Positions 1-9,381 are shown, numbered from the stretch's first letter. The stretch is DNA of 64,000 nt from an uncultured Chloroflexia bacterium (GCA_963715415.1 CAVQSG010000041.1:3885-67884), one strand, 5' to 3'. Translations and numbers: made by a program. The notes: generated by a model from the letters alone, not told the origin.

Positions 1-451
1 TGAGGATCGCGCCGGTTCCGTCGGCGTTGGCTTCGTAGAGCGCGTTGTTGCTCACGTAGGCAAGGCGTGTGCCGTCCGGTGAGAGGGCGAAATCGGTGAG
101 CGGTGCTTCGGCCTGGGTGACGATGGTGACGCTCTTGCCGTCGGCGTCGAGCTTGGCCACCTGTCTGCTCTGCCCGTCCAGAAAGTAGAGCGGCGCCGGA
201 AGTGCGACAGGCTGCGCTGTCGTACTCTCCTGAGGCGGCGGGGTCGGGGTGGCGGTCTCCAGCGGCGCCACCGGTGTAGCAGAGGGGGGGATCGGCGTAT
301 TCGTAGGCACGATCGCCGTCTCAGTGGCCGCGACGGCAGCCGTTTGCGTCAGTGCAATGGCGATCTCCGTGCTGCGCCCATTGCGGTTGCAGCCGGCCAA
401 TACCAAGCAGGTCAGCAGGAAACAGAGCGCAAAATTCATGTTAGACTTCAT
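1..451 (-). CDS. Lipoprotein, N-terminal part; the gene runs off the window start. PD40/TolB-like beta-propeller repeat suspected
   Basis: The minus-strand frame is open from the window edge to the ATG at 449-451. A GAGGAA SD lies 5 nt upstream. The N-terminus MKSNMNFALCFLLTCLVLAGC is a signal peptide with a lipobox, followed by a Thr/Pro-rich linker and an LSPDGTRLAYVSNN-type motif. It is absent from the ORF track because it is truncated. Confidence 0.55.
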   Translation of the reverse strand, partial: MKSNMNFALCFLLTCLVLAGCNRNGRSTEIAIALTQTAAVAATETAIVPTNTPIPPSATPVAPLETATPTPPPQESTTAQPVALPAPLYFLDGQSRQVAKLDADGKSVTIVTQAEAPLTDFALSPDGTRLAYVSNNALYEANADGTGAIL

Positions 452-465
452 AGGGGTTCCTCTAG

Positions 466-552
466 TTCATTACGGCGTGAATATCACGACAGAAATCCAG
501 CTATGCAGCTTCTGGTAGGGACCCTGCAAGGATTTCTGCAGGGTCCCGCTAC
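466..552 (+). repeat. Dispersed repeat family A, copy 1 (hairpin CAGAAATCC..GGATTTCTG)
   Basis: It is near-identical over about 45 nt to the reverse complement of 56170-56256 (GCGTGAATATCACGACAGAAATCCAGCTATGC) and related to 12522-12612. It contains nested inverted repeats (CAGAAATCC/GGATTTCTG and GGGACCCTGCA/TGCAGGGTCCC). Confidence 0.7.
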
Positions 553-568
553 ATGGTTCGGGAAGCGA

Positions 569-1217
569 TCAGGTTACACCTGTGGACAGGGCGATCAGCC
601 ACTGCGCGGCAAAATAGGTGCCCAGCACAACATGGCGTGACGCGCGAAACGGCGCGCGAAAGCGATCGAAAGCTAAGGCAGAGTCTGAAATGAGGAAGAG
701 CAGCGCTCCGGCCGCGGCGAGGGCGGTGCCGGCGCCGCCCAATGCGTACCAGCGTTCGGCCGCTTGCCAACTCATGATCACGATGACGACGATATAGAGC
801 AGTACAGGCAACCGGACCTCTGCAATGAATGGCCAGAGCAGTAGGAGCATTGTGACGCCAAAGAGCAGATAAAGGAGCAGCAGCCAGAGGGTCAAGACGC
901 GGGCCACCGCCGCCGACAAACGCGCCGGCGTAAAGGATATGCGCGACGAGAAAACTGCCCAGGCCAAAGATGAATCGATCCGACGGCAGCATCAGAAAGA
1001 TGTCCCCGGCCAGAGAGTAGGCCAGGCCGGTAACCACCAACACCTTGTACGGTTGTGGCACCGCGTCGGGCAGCCACAACGCCGTCAGGATGATGAGCGA
1101 CGTGGTCAGCGGCTTGAAGAGATAGAGCCGGCTGCGCGCGTCCGTGTGTGCGGCCCAGATCGTGAGCAGGGCCGAAGCCAGTACCAGGATAAACGATGTC
1201 AGGATCCGAAAAGTCAT
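569..1217 (-). pseudogene. YhhN-family (lysoplasmalogenase-like) membrane protein; frame interrupted near 900-930
   Basis: The N-terminal half (MTFRILTSF...FLVAHILYAGAF) is in the 549..1289 frame. The C-terminal half (..LLFLISDSALAFDRF..LGTYFAAQWLIAL) is in the 569..967 frame. Together they form one typical YhhN protein. Confidence 0.7.
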
Positions 1218-1270
1218 GCGCTGTTCCGTCGTATCTCCACAAACAAGGGTCCAAGTCCGAGTGACCGCCA

Positions 1271-1341
1271 GACCTCCGGGAAGTGGCACCGTAGTTGCGG
1301 TCCCTCTCGACTCGCGTTGGCGGTGCCACTTCCCGGAGGTC
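1271..1341 (-). terminator. Perfect 21-bp inverted repeat (29-nt loop), 13 nt downstream of the CHAT-SIR2 stop codon; no U-tract
   Basis: GACCTCCGGGAAGTGGCACCG (1271-1291) is the exact reverse complement of 1321-1341. A function as terminator, RNA-stability element or protein-binding site is inferred only from its position. Confidence 0.35.
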
Positions 1342-1354
1342 GGCTCACAACTTC

Positions 1355-3504
1355 TTACAGTTCCACACGTTTCCGCAATTCCTCGATAAAATCCGCCACG
1401 CTGCCCCAGTAGATGCTGATGTCGGCCGCCTTCTCGAAGTACTTGGCCAGGTACTCCTGGGCGCGCTCGGGTTCCAGGATGCGGTCCTCCTCCGGGTTGA
1501 TCTGCGCGGCGACGTGGGCAAAGCGCGTCCGTTGAAAACGCCCCTCGCGCTGCATGATGACCCGAAAGAGCACCCGGAAGTCCCAGGCGTCGAGACGGAA
1601 GCCGAGAAAGAGCAGACCGCTGTTGACCAGCGAACTGCGCACATACTTGGGAATCAGGTCGTTGTTGAAGCTGACACCGATGAGGAAATCGAAGTAGTCG
1701 TCCTCGGTCAGGACGATCGACTCCCGGATGCTGATGTTGCCGAACATCTGGAAGATCAGCGGCTCGGCCACCGAAGGGCGGTAGCCGGCCACCTCCTCGG
1801 CCAGCGGCGGCAGGTCATCGCGGCCGTCCAGCAGGTCCAGGTCGTTCAACTCCTTGTTCCAGCGGCAGAGTTCGACCCTGGGCGCGCGCCTGACCGCGGT
1901 CTCGTTGCCTTGTGGGTCGGTGAGGGTGAGTTCGGTGGCTGCCAGCGCATCGTAGAGCGCGTTGGTGGGGTCGGTGGTGATGTAGATGGGGACCGGCAGT
2001 TGCGCCATGATCCAGTGGGGCTCGTGGGGATGGGCCAGGCGGTGGAGCTTCCAGGCCACGCTGTAGAGATCGTTGAGCTTGTTGCCGCCGAGAATGGCAT
2101 CGGTCGCTTCGTCGTAGAGCGCGGCCTCGTCGGGATCGGTAACGTCGATGTGGATCTTTTCCTGCAGTCGCTCGGCCAGATAGTCGGCCAGCTCGTCGCG
2201 CGTGTAGGCGTCGCCGTGGTGGACCGCCATGAACTGGGTGACCTGGGGCAGGTCCTCGCGCTGGTGCGGGGCCAGGGGGAAGTGGTAGCTGTCGGCCCAG
2301 GTCCGCGCGATCTGGCGGCGCGATCCCAGCAGCGACTCGTTGAGCCCAGGCCCCAGGATCGGCGTGCAGCGGCCCCGTTCGATGTTGCGCAGCAGCGACC
2401 GCCACTGTTCCAGCTCGCCCTGCTCGCCGCCGAAGCCGGGCGTGTACCAGATGCGGCCGTTCTTGAGGCGCATGAAGAGTGCCGGCGCCCACCAGTCCGG
2501 CCGGTTGCGGATGGCGCCGCGGGCCACGGCCATGGCCCGGTCCACGTGACCGTCCCGGCGCAGCTCCTCGAAGAAGGCGGCATGAAGTGCGCCATGGTCT
2601 CCATGCCGATATTGCCCTGCATGGCCACCACGGCGGGGATGCCGATCCCGGCCAGGCGCGGACCCAGTGCAGCCAACACGCCGCCGTCGGCCGTGGACCG
2701 GAGTTCGCCTTCGCCCGCGCTTTGGCAGGAGGCGAGCACCACCAGGCGCGGCCGCTCGCGCAGGTCCCGCAGTCGAGCCACCAGCTCGGCACCGGGCACC
2801 GGGGCGGCACGGCCGTCCTCGCCGGCGAGGAAGAGCGCGGGCGCGCCGTCGACCAGCAGGCCGTGGGCAACGAGGTAGAGGATGTCCACGCCGTCGCGCA
2901 GTGCATCGACCATGTGGTTGAGCGTGGTCTCGTCTGCCCCGCTCAGCTCCGTACGCTGGATGGCGTCGCCCAGCCCCGTCCGGGCGCGGGCCAGCTCCTC
3001 CTCGACCTCCACCTTGGCCAGGCCGTACTCCTCCAACCCGGGCGGGTTGGCCACGACCACCAGCGCAGTGAGTGTGCCTTCCGGGCGCAGGCGCACCGGT
3101 CGCCAGTCGGTGCTGCTCAGGTAGCGGGAGAAGAGCGTATTTTCGCTGGTGGAGAGGTAGCCTGTGTCGCCGGGCACCTGGAGCAGCTCCCAGCGCAGGC
3201 CGTGGAGTTCGGGTGCGCTGGGGCCGACAAAGAGGCGGACGCGCAGCGGCAGCTCTGTAGACCGGGCCGTTCGCAGCACAGCCAGCACTTCGGGATCGGC
3301 AAAGAGCTGCTCGCCCAACATCCGGCCGTGGTCGAGTGGCTCCAGCGAGGTCAGCACCTCGGCCGCCAGCGCATCGACGCCTGGACCGGGCCTGCTCAGG
3401 CGCACATCGGCCTCATCGCCCGGCCGGCTGAAGCGCAGTTCGACGCCGTAGGAGTCAGCATCACGGCGGTGGATACTCAGCTCGAGTTCGGCGTGCTCAG
3501 TCAT
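1355..3504 (-). pseudogene. CHAT (caspase-like) protease fused to a SIR2-like (SIR2_2-type) domain; single frame interruption near 2575
   Basis: The CHAT His/Cys dyad motifs are present (ILYLVAHG, LVVLASCQSAG). The CHAT C-terminal helix continues across the frameshift (HFMP/FFEELRRDGHVDRAMAVARGAIRNRPDWWAPALFMRL). The C-terminal ~390 aa carry SIR2_2-like motifs (PILGPGLN, IYITTDPTN, LTEDDYFDF, LLFLGFRLDAWDFRV). The start overlaps the upstream stop by 8 nt (ATGACTGA). Confidence 0.8.
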
Positions 3505-6500
3505 AGTTGTATTCCTGGCGTTCGCTGCCGGTGGGGTACTTCATGTAGCGGGCAATGTTCTCTGTGGCCAGTTCGATCCACTTGTCGGGCGGCCACCACC
3601 AAATGATGGCGGTCCCTTCAAAGCTGGCTTGAACGACCTGACTGCCGTCGTGGTTGAAAAGCGCAGACCTGACCTCACCAGCATGACCTTGGAGCGTCGT
3701 GATCGGGGCACCGCTCCCTACCTCCCAAATGACGGCCTTCCCGTCCTCGCCTGCAGTGACGACCTGGCTACCGCCGTGGTTGAAGGCGGCAGACAAAACC
3801 CAACCGGTATGACCTCGGAGCGTCGTGATCGGGGCACCGCTCCCTACCTCCCAGATGACGGCCTTTCCGTCCTCGCCCGCAGTGACGACCTGTGAGCCGT
3901 CGTGGTTGAAGGCCGCAGACAAGACCTCACCGGTATGACCGGTATGACCTTGGAGCGTCGTAATGGGGTCGCCGGTGTCCACGTCCCAGATGATGGCGGT
4001 ACCGTCCTCGCCCACGGTGACGACCTGACTGCCGTCGTGGTTGAAGGCCGCAGACAAGACCCAACCGGAATGACCTTGCAGCGTCGTGATGGGGTCGCCG
4101 GTGTCCACGTCCCAGATGATGGCGGTACCATCCTCGCCCGCGGTGACGACCTGACTGCCGTCGTGGTTGAAGGCCGCAGACAAGACCCAACCGGAATGAC
4201 CTTGCAGCGTCGTGATGGGGTCGCCGGTGTCCACGTCCCAGATGATGGCGGTACCATCCTCGCCCGCAGTGACGACCTGTGAGCCGTCGTGGTTGAAGGC
4301 CGCGGACCCGACCCAACCGGTATGGCCTCGGAGCGTCGTGATGGGGGCGTCGCTCCCTACCTCCCAGATGACGGCCTTCCCGTCCTCGCCTGCAGTGACG
4401 ACCCGGCGACCGCCGTAGTTGAAGGCGGCAGACAAGAGCCCACCAGCATGACCTTGGAGCGTCGTGATGAGGACGCCGCTCCCTACCTCCCAAATGACGG
4501 CCTTCCCGTCCTCGCCCGCGGTGACGACCTGACTGCCGTCGTGGTTGAAGGCGGCAGACCTGACCCCACCGGTATGACCGTGGAGCGTCGTGATGGGGGC
4601 ACCGCTCCCTACCTCCCAGATGACGGCCTTCCCGTCCTCGCCTGCAGTGACGACCTGACTGCCGTCGTGGTTGAAGGCCGCAGACCTGACCTCACCGGTA
4701 TGACCGGTATGACCTTGGAGCGTCGTGATAGGGGCGCCGCTCCCTGCCTCCCAGATGATGGCCTTCCCCTCAAAGCCGGCGGTAACGACCTGACTGCCGT
4801 CGTGGTTGAAGACAGCAGTCAGGAGCCAACCAGCATGACCTTGCAGCGTCGTGATGGGGTCACCGCTCCCTACCTCCCAGATGATGGCCCTGCCGTCCTC
4901 GCCCGCAGTGACGACTTGACTACCGTCGTGGTTGAAGGCGGCCGACAAGACCCCACCGGCATGACCTTGGAGCGTCGTGATGGGGGCGCCGCTCCCTACT
5001 TCCCAGATGATGGCCTTCCCATCAGAGCCCGCAGTGACGACCCGGCTACCGCCGTGGTTGAAGACCGCAGACCTGACCCAACCGGTATGATCTTGGAAAG
5101 TCGTAATCAGGGCGCCGCTCCCTGCCTCCCAGATGATGGCCTTTCCGTCAGAGCCCGCAGTAACGACTTGACTGCCGTCGTGGTTGAAGGCGGCCGACAA
5201 GACCCAACCGGAATGTCCTTGGAGCGTCGTGATGGGGTCACCACTCCATACTTCCCAGATGATGGCCTTCCCATCGGATCCCGCGGTGACGACCTGGCTG
5301 CCGTCGTGGTTGAAGGCGGCAGACCTGACCTCACCGGCATGACCTTGCAGCGTCGTGATGGGGGCGCCGCTCCCTACCTCCCAGATGATGGCCTTCCCGT
5401 CCTCGCCCGCAGTGACGACCTCACTGCCGTCGTGGTTGAAGGCGGCAGACCTGACCTCACCGGCATGACCTTGCAGCGTCGTGATGGGGGCGCCGCTCCC
5501 TGCCTCCCAGATGATGGCCTTTCCGTCCTCGCCCGCAGTGACGACCTGGCTACCGCCGTGGTTGAAGGCGACAGACCTGACCTCACCGGTATGACCTTGG
5601 AGCGTCGTGATGGGGGCGCCGCTCCCTGCCTCCCAGATGATGGCCGTCCCGTCCTCGCCCGCAGTGACGACCTGGCTGCCGTCGTGGTTGAAGACCGCAG
5701 ACCTGACCTCACCGGCATGACCTTGGAGCGTCGTGATGGGGGTGCCGCTCCCTACCTCCCAGATGATGGCCTTCCCGTCCTCGCTCGCAGTGACGACCTG
5801 ACTGCCGTCGTGGTTGAAAGCGGCCGACAAGACCCCACCGGAATGACCTTGCAGCGTCGTGATGGGGGTGCCGCTCCCTACCTCCCAGATGACGGCCTTC
5901 CCATCAGAGCCCGTAGTGACGACCTGGCTACCGCCGTGGTTGAAGGCTGCAGACCTGACCCCACCGGTATGACCTTGGAGCGTCGTGATGAGGGCGCCGC
6001 TTCCTGCCTCCCAGATGATGGCCTTCCCGTCCTCGCCCGCAGTGACGACCTGACTGCCGTCGTGGTTGAAAACTGCAGACAAGACCCAACCAGCATGACC
6101 TTGGAGCGTCGTGATAGGGGCACCGCTCTCTACCTCCCAGATGATGGCCTTCCCATCAAAGCCGGCGGTGACGACCTGGCTGCCGTCGTGGTTGAAGGCT
6201 GCAGACCCGACCCAACCAGCATGACCTTGCAGCGTCGTGATGGGGTCACCGCTCCCTACCTCCCAGATGATGGCCTTCCCGTCCTCGCCCGCAGTGACGA
6301 CCTCACTGCCGTCGTTGTTGAAGGCAGCTGACCTGACACCACCTTGATGGCGTCCCCAGTTGAGATGCTGCACAATCCGGTGATCGCGCAAGACGTTGAG
6401 AAGGGTCGTCAGCGCCTGTTCGCTGACATAAGTATCGGAATACCAGGTCGTGGCCACGGCATCACGGGCCAGAATGAGCGCGATGTCGCCCTCGGCTTCC

Positions 6501-8259
6501 CTGGCCATGATGCTCAGTTCGCCCGAGCGGGCGCGGCGCTGGGCCCTGCGCGCGTTCTCAGCTTCGGCGACGGCGTCCTGTTCGGCTTCGGAGGCCCGAG
6601 TGGCCTGGGCAATGGCTCTTGTCGCCTCGGTGTTGGCGCGTACAGCTTCCATGGCAGCCACCGTCGACTGCGCCACGGCCGTCTGTTCGGCCTCGAAAGC
6701 CCGCGTGGCCTGGGCAATGGCCCGGGTCGCCTCGGTGTTGGCACGTGCGGCTTCTGTTGCGGCCACTGTTGACTGCCGGCCGGCGCGGCCTGCCTGGGCA
6801 AAGCCGTAGATTGCAGCCACGACGGCCAGCGCAGCCAGCACCAACGCGCCGATGGCCAGCCCGCGAATGGTGCGCTGGCGCCGTGCGTCGCGTTCGGCCA
6901 GCGCACGCTGATCCTGGGCTGCGGCCAGGAAATCGCGTTCGGTCTGGGTGAGGATTCCCGTATGCGCTTCGGCCCACCGTTCAGCCGCCTCCAGTTCGCC
7001 GCCGCCGAAGAGCAGCGCCTTGCTCCGTCCTTGCTCGTCCCACAGCTCGGCCTGGCGTTGTAGTTCGCTTAGATTCTTCAGCCGCCAGGCTTCGTTGTCG
7101 GCCAAGACCGGATCGATGAGCCGGTCGTGGGCCAGCTCGTACCAGGTGGCGCCGCGGCGAGTCTCGGTGCGCACCAGGTGGGCGTCGACCAGCGGATCGA
7201 GCACCGCGTCGTGGTAGCCACCTTCAGCCCGGACCGGGCCGTGGCGCACCTGGGCGCGGATACCGCCCTGGATCAGCGCGCGGCCGAACCAGTCGCGCAG
7301 CGCCCGCTCCGGCACCCGGGTCGACGCGCTCGTTCGCGGCCACCTCGCCGGCGTAGTAGCCGCGCAGCGCCTGGTCGATGTTGCCGAGCCGGGTCACCTC
7401 CTGCACGCCCACGGGCCGGTTGTCGGTGGGCCGGTAGCGCCGCCAGAGATCGCGGCAGACCACCTGGAGCTGCACCGGTTCGACGAAGGGGCCTCTCTCC
7501 TCACGCCGCGCTGCCCGCAGCATCCTCCTCCACCACGGTGCGCAGGTCGTCCACCAGCGCCTTGACGGCCGCGGGCGAAAAGCCGCCGCCGGCCGGTCCT
7601 TCAATGGCCGCAGTGGCCGCGTCGGGACCGAGCAGGGCCAGGGGGAAGGTGTTGGCGAAGCGGGTGGGCACCGGCGCGCTGGAAGGGCTCCAGCCGGGCC
7701 ACGTACTCCTCGCGCACGGCGAAGAGCGCCCAGCGCCGCCAGTTCCCCAGCGCCTGGCCTACCTGCGTGAAGAACTCCTCCTTGGCGTCCCGGTCGGCCG
7801 GCTCGACGGCGATGATCTCCTCGAACTGGTCGAAGATGAGCACGATGGGGTCGGCGGCGGCGCGCACGGGGAAGCGCCGCTCCAGGTAGGCGTCGAAGCG
7901 CAGATCTTCCAGCGCAGTGGGGGGCAGGCGGTCGTCCTCGGCAAAGGCCTCCTCCAGGGACAGCATGGCGCTGAGCAGGTAGCGGTTGGCTGCGCCCGCC
8001 GCCGCAAGCGAGCCGACACGGATGGTGGGCAGCACCCGGAAGAGCTCGCCTTCCAGCCGCTCGGCCAGCCCGCCCCGCGCGGATCAGCGACGTCTTGCCC
8101 GCGCCCGACGGCGAGTGCAGCAACACGATGCGCTCCGCGATCGAGAAGATCGAGCAGGTCCGGGATCTCCTGGTCGCGGCCGTAGATAGGATCGGTCCGC
8201 TCGAAGGGGCGGGGACCGACGAAGGGATTGGCGCGCTGTTCGTTCGGATCGTCGCTCAT
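3497..8259 (-). pseudogene. STAND-type P-loop NTPase with winged helix, hydrophobic helix and 22 WD40 repeats (NLR-like). The ORF 3497..7315 is intact; the N-terminal NTPase part has about 5 frame interruptions
   Basis: The N-terminus is MSDDPNEQRANPFVGPRPFERTDPIYGRDQEI. Walker A is LLHSPSGAGKTSLIRAG and Walker B is IVLIFDQFEE. A VEPVQLQVVCRDLW motif and LVRTETRRGATWYELAHDRLI (wHTH-like) follow. The hydrophobic segment is IRGLAIGALVLAALAVVAAIYGFA. It is followed by 22 units of GHxGxVxSAAFNHDGSQVVTAGEDGKAIIWEVGSGAPITTLQ. Frame changes are at about 8125, 8070, 7670, 7500 and 7318. Confidence 0.8.
3583..6345 (-). repeat. Intragenic tandem array of 22 WD40-coding units of 126 bp (two 132-bp variants with a GHTGHTG insertion)
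   Basis: The 42-aa periodicity is visible in the translation. Several adjacent units are identical or near-identical at the DNA level, for example 4019-4144 versus 4145-4270. Confidence 0.9.
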
Positions 8260-8334
8260 GGTGTGGGCTGCGTTGGGCTGGCGCTGCCGTTCATGCACCG
8301 GTGGTAGACAATGGTGTCAGTTCACTGTACCGCC

Positions 8335-8343
8335 ATTTTAGCA
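8335..8343 (-). promoter_or_regulatory. Candidate extended -10 promoter element (TGcTAAAAT) upstream of the STAND gene
   Basis: The minus strand reads GTGTGCTAAAATGG about 75 nt upstream of the ATG at 8259. No convincing -35 element is present. This is a weak call. Confidence 0.25.
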
Positions 8344-8394
8344 CACTCCTGAGCCTTTCCCGACGGCCAAATATTGGGAAGCAGATCTCCTTTC

Positions 8395-8938
8395 GTAGGT
8401 CGGGTCTCCGGCCCGACATGGTCGGTGTGTCACGACCGCTTCGGGAATGCGAGCCCGGTCGGGCAGGGATGCACCGATCTACGATGATCGGACCAGTCTT
8501 GGTAGGTCGGGTCTCCGGCCCGACATGGTCGGTGTATCATGACCGCTTCGCGAATGCGAGCCCGGTCGGGCAAGGATGTACCGATCTACGATGAATGAAC
8601 CAGTCTTGGTAGGTCGGGTCTCCGGCGACTTCGGTCATCACGATCGCTTCGGGAATGCGAGGCCGGTCGGGCAAGGATGCACCGACCTACGATGATCGGA
8701 CCAGGTCTTGGTAGGTCGGGTCTCCGGCCCGACATGGTCGGTGTATCATGACCGCTCCAGGAATGCGAGCCCGGTCGGGCAGGGATGCACCGACCTACGA
8801 TGAATGGACAGGTCTCGGGTGGTAGGTCGGGTCTCCGGCCCGACATGGTCGGTCATCACGAAACGATCGAGGAGGCGGGCCGGTCGGGCAGGGATGCACC
8901 GACCTACGATGAATGGACGAGTCTTGGTTGGTCGGGTC
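8395..8938. repeat. Tandem array of 5 full copies plus one partial copy of a 102-111-bp hairpin-rich unit
   Basis: Units start with GTAGGTCGGGTCTCCGG at 8395, 8502, 8609, 8711 and 8822. A partial sixth copy, GTTGGTCGGGTC, starts at 8927. The whole units are conserved, so there are no unique spacers. Each unit has GTCGGG..CCCGAC and GGTCGG..CCGACC hairpins and a long-range GTAGGTCGG/CCGA(C/T)CTAC pairing. Confidence 0.9.
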
Positions 8939-9378
8939 AATAGACGAAGGGAATGAGACGCCAGGTGTCTTTCTGGTAAAGCGTGTAGTTCGGGTAGTGG
9001 GCGACCAACAGTCGTTCCTCGTACTGTAACTTGACGACCAGGTCGACGACGAGCAGGAGCAGTAGCGCCAGGCGGAGCCACGAAGAGCTGTCGGCCACCA
9101 GTGCCGCACAGACGACGATCAACGCCGCGTACATGGGGTGGCGAATCGAGCGCGTAGGGTCCTGACTTGACCATGGTCCCCGCCGCCCTGATCTCGGGCG
9201 TGATGTTGAAATTGCCGATGCGCTGGACGACGACGGCCCAGAGACCCAAGGCAATGCCGGCACCCTCCAACAGCAGGAGCAACGGGTTGCGCGCCAGCAA
9301 TGGGCCGGTCAGCGCGATGGCCAGCAGACAGGCGAACTGGATCGTCACCAGCAGATAGGACTTGGCGCGCCCGCTCAT
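8937..9378 (-). pseudogene. Isoprenylcysteine carboxyl / phospholipid methyltransferase-family membrane protein; 1-nt frame interruption near 9152
   Basis: MSGRAKSYLLVTIQFACLL...NITPEIRAAGTMVKSGPY is in one frame and RSIRHPMYAALIVVCA...YEERLLVAHYPNYTLYQ in the next. Removing one base restores the GPYRSIRHPMY motif. Confidence 0.7.
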
Positions 9379-9381
9379 GGC

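Noticed and set aside
2575-2580. Programmed ribosomal frameshift joining CHAT and SIR2-like parts
   Set aside because: There is no slippery heptamer or downstream structure. Similar indels affect many unrelated genes in the window, so error or mutation is more likely.
1295-2906. Long overlapping ORFs 1295..2878 (+) and 1815..2906 (-)
   Set aside because: These are Arg/Pro/Gly-rich alternative-frame ORFs typical of high-GC DNA. The CHAT and SIR2-like frames carry recognisable motifs.
4289-6331. 680-aa plus-strand ORF, and several others, antisense to the WD40 array
   Set aside because: These are shadow ORFs of a GC-rich periodic gene. Their repeat phase mirrors the minus-strand WD40 units, they have no SD or start context, and their Arg/Asp/Gly-rich composition is implausible.
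8395-8938. Possible CRISPR array (regularly spaced GTAGGTCGGGTCTCCGG motifs)
   Set aside because: The full ~107-bp units are homologous to each other, so the stretches between the motifs are not unique spacers. No cas genes are nearby. It is classified as a tandem repeat instead.
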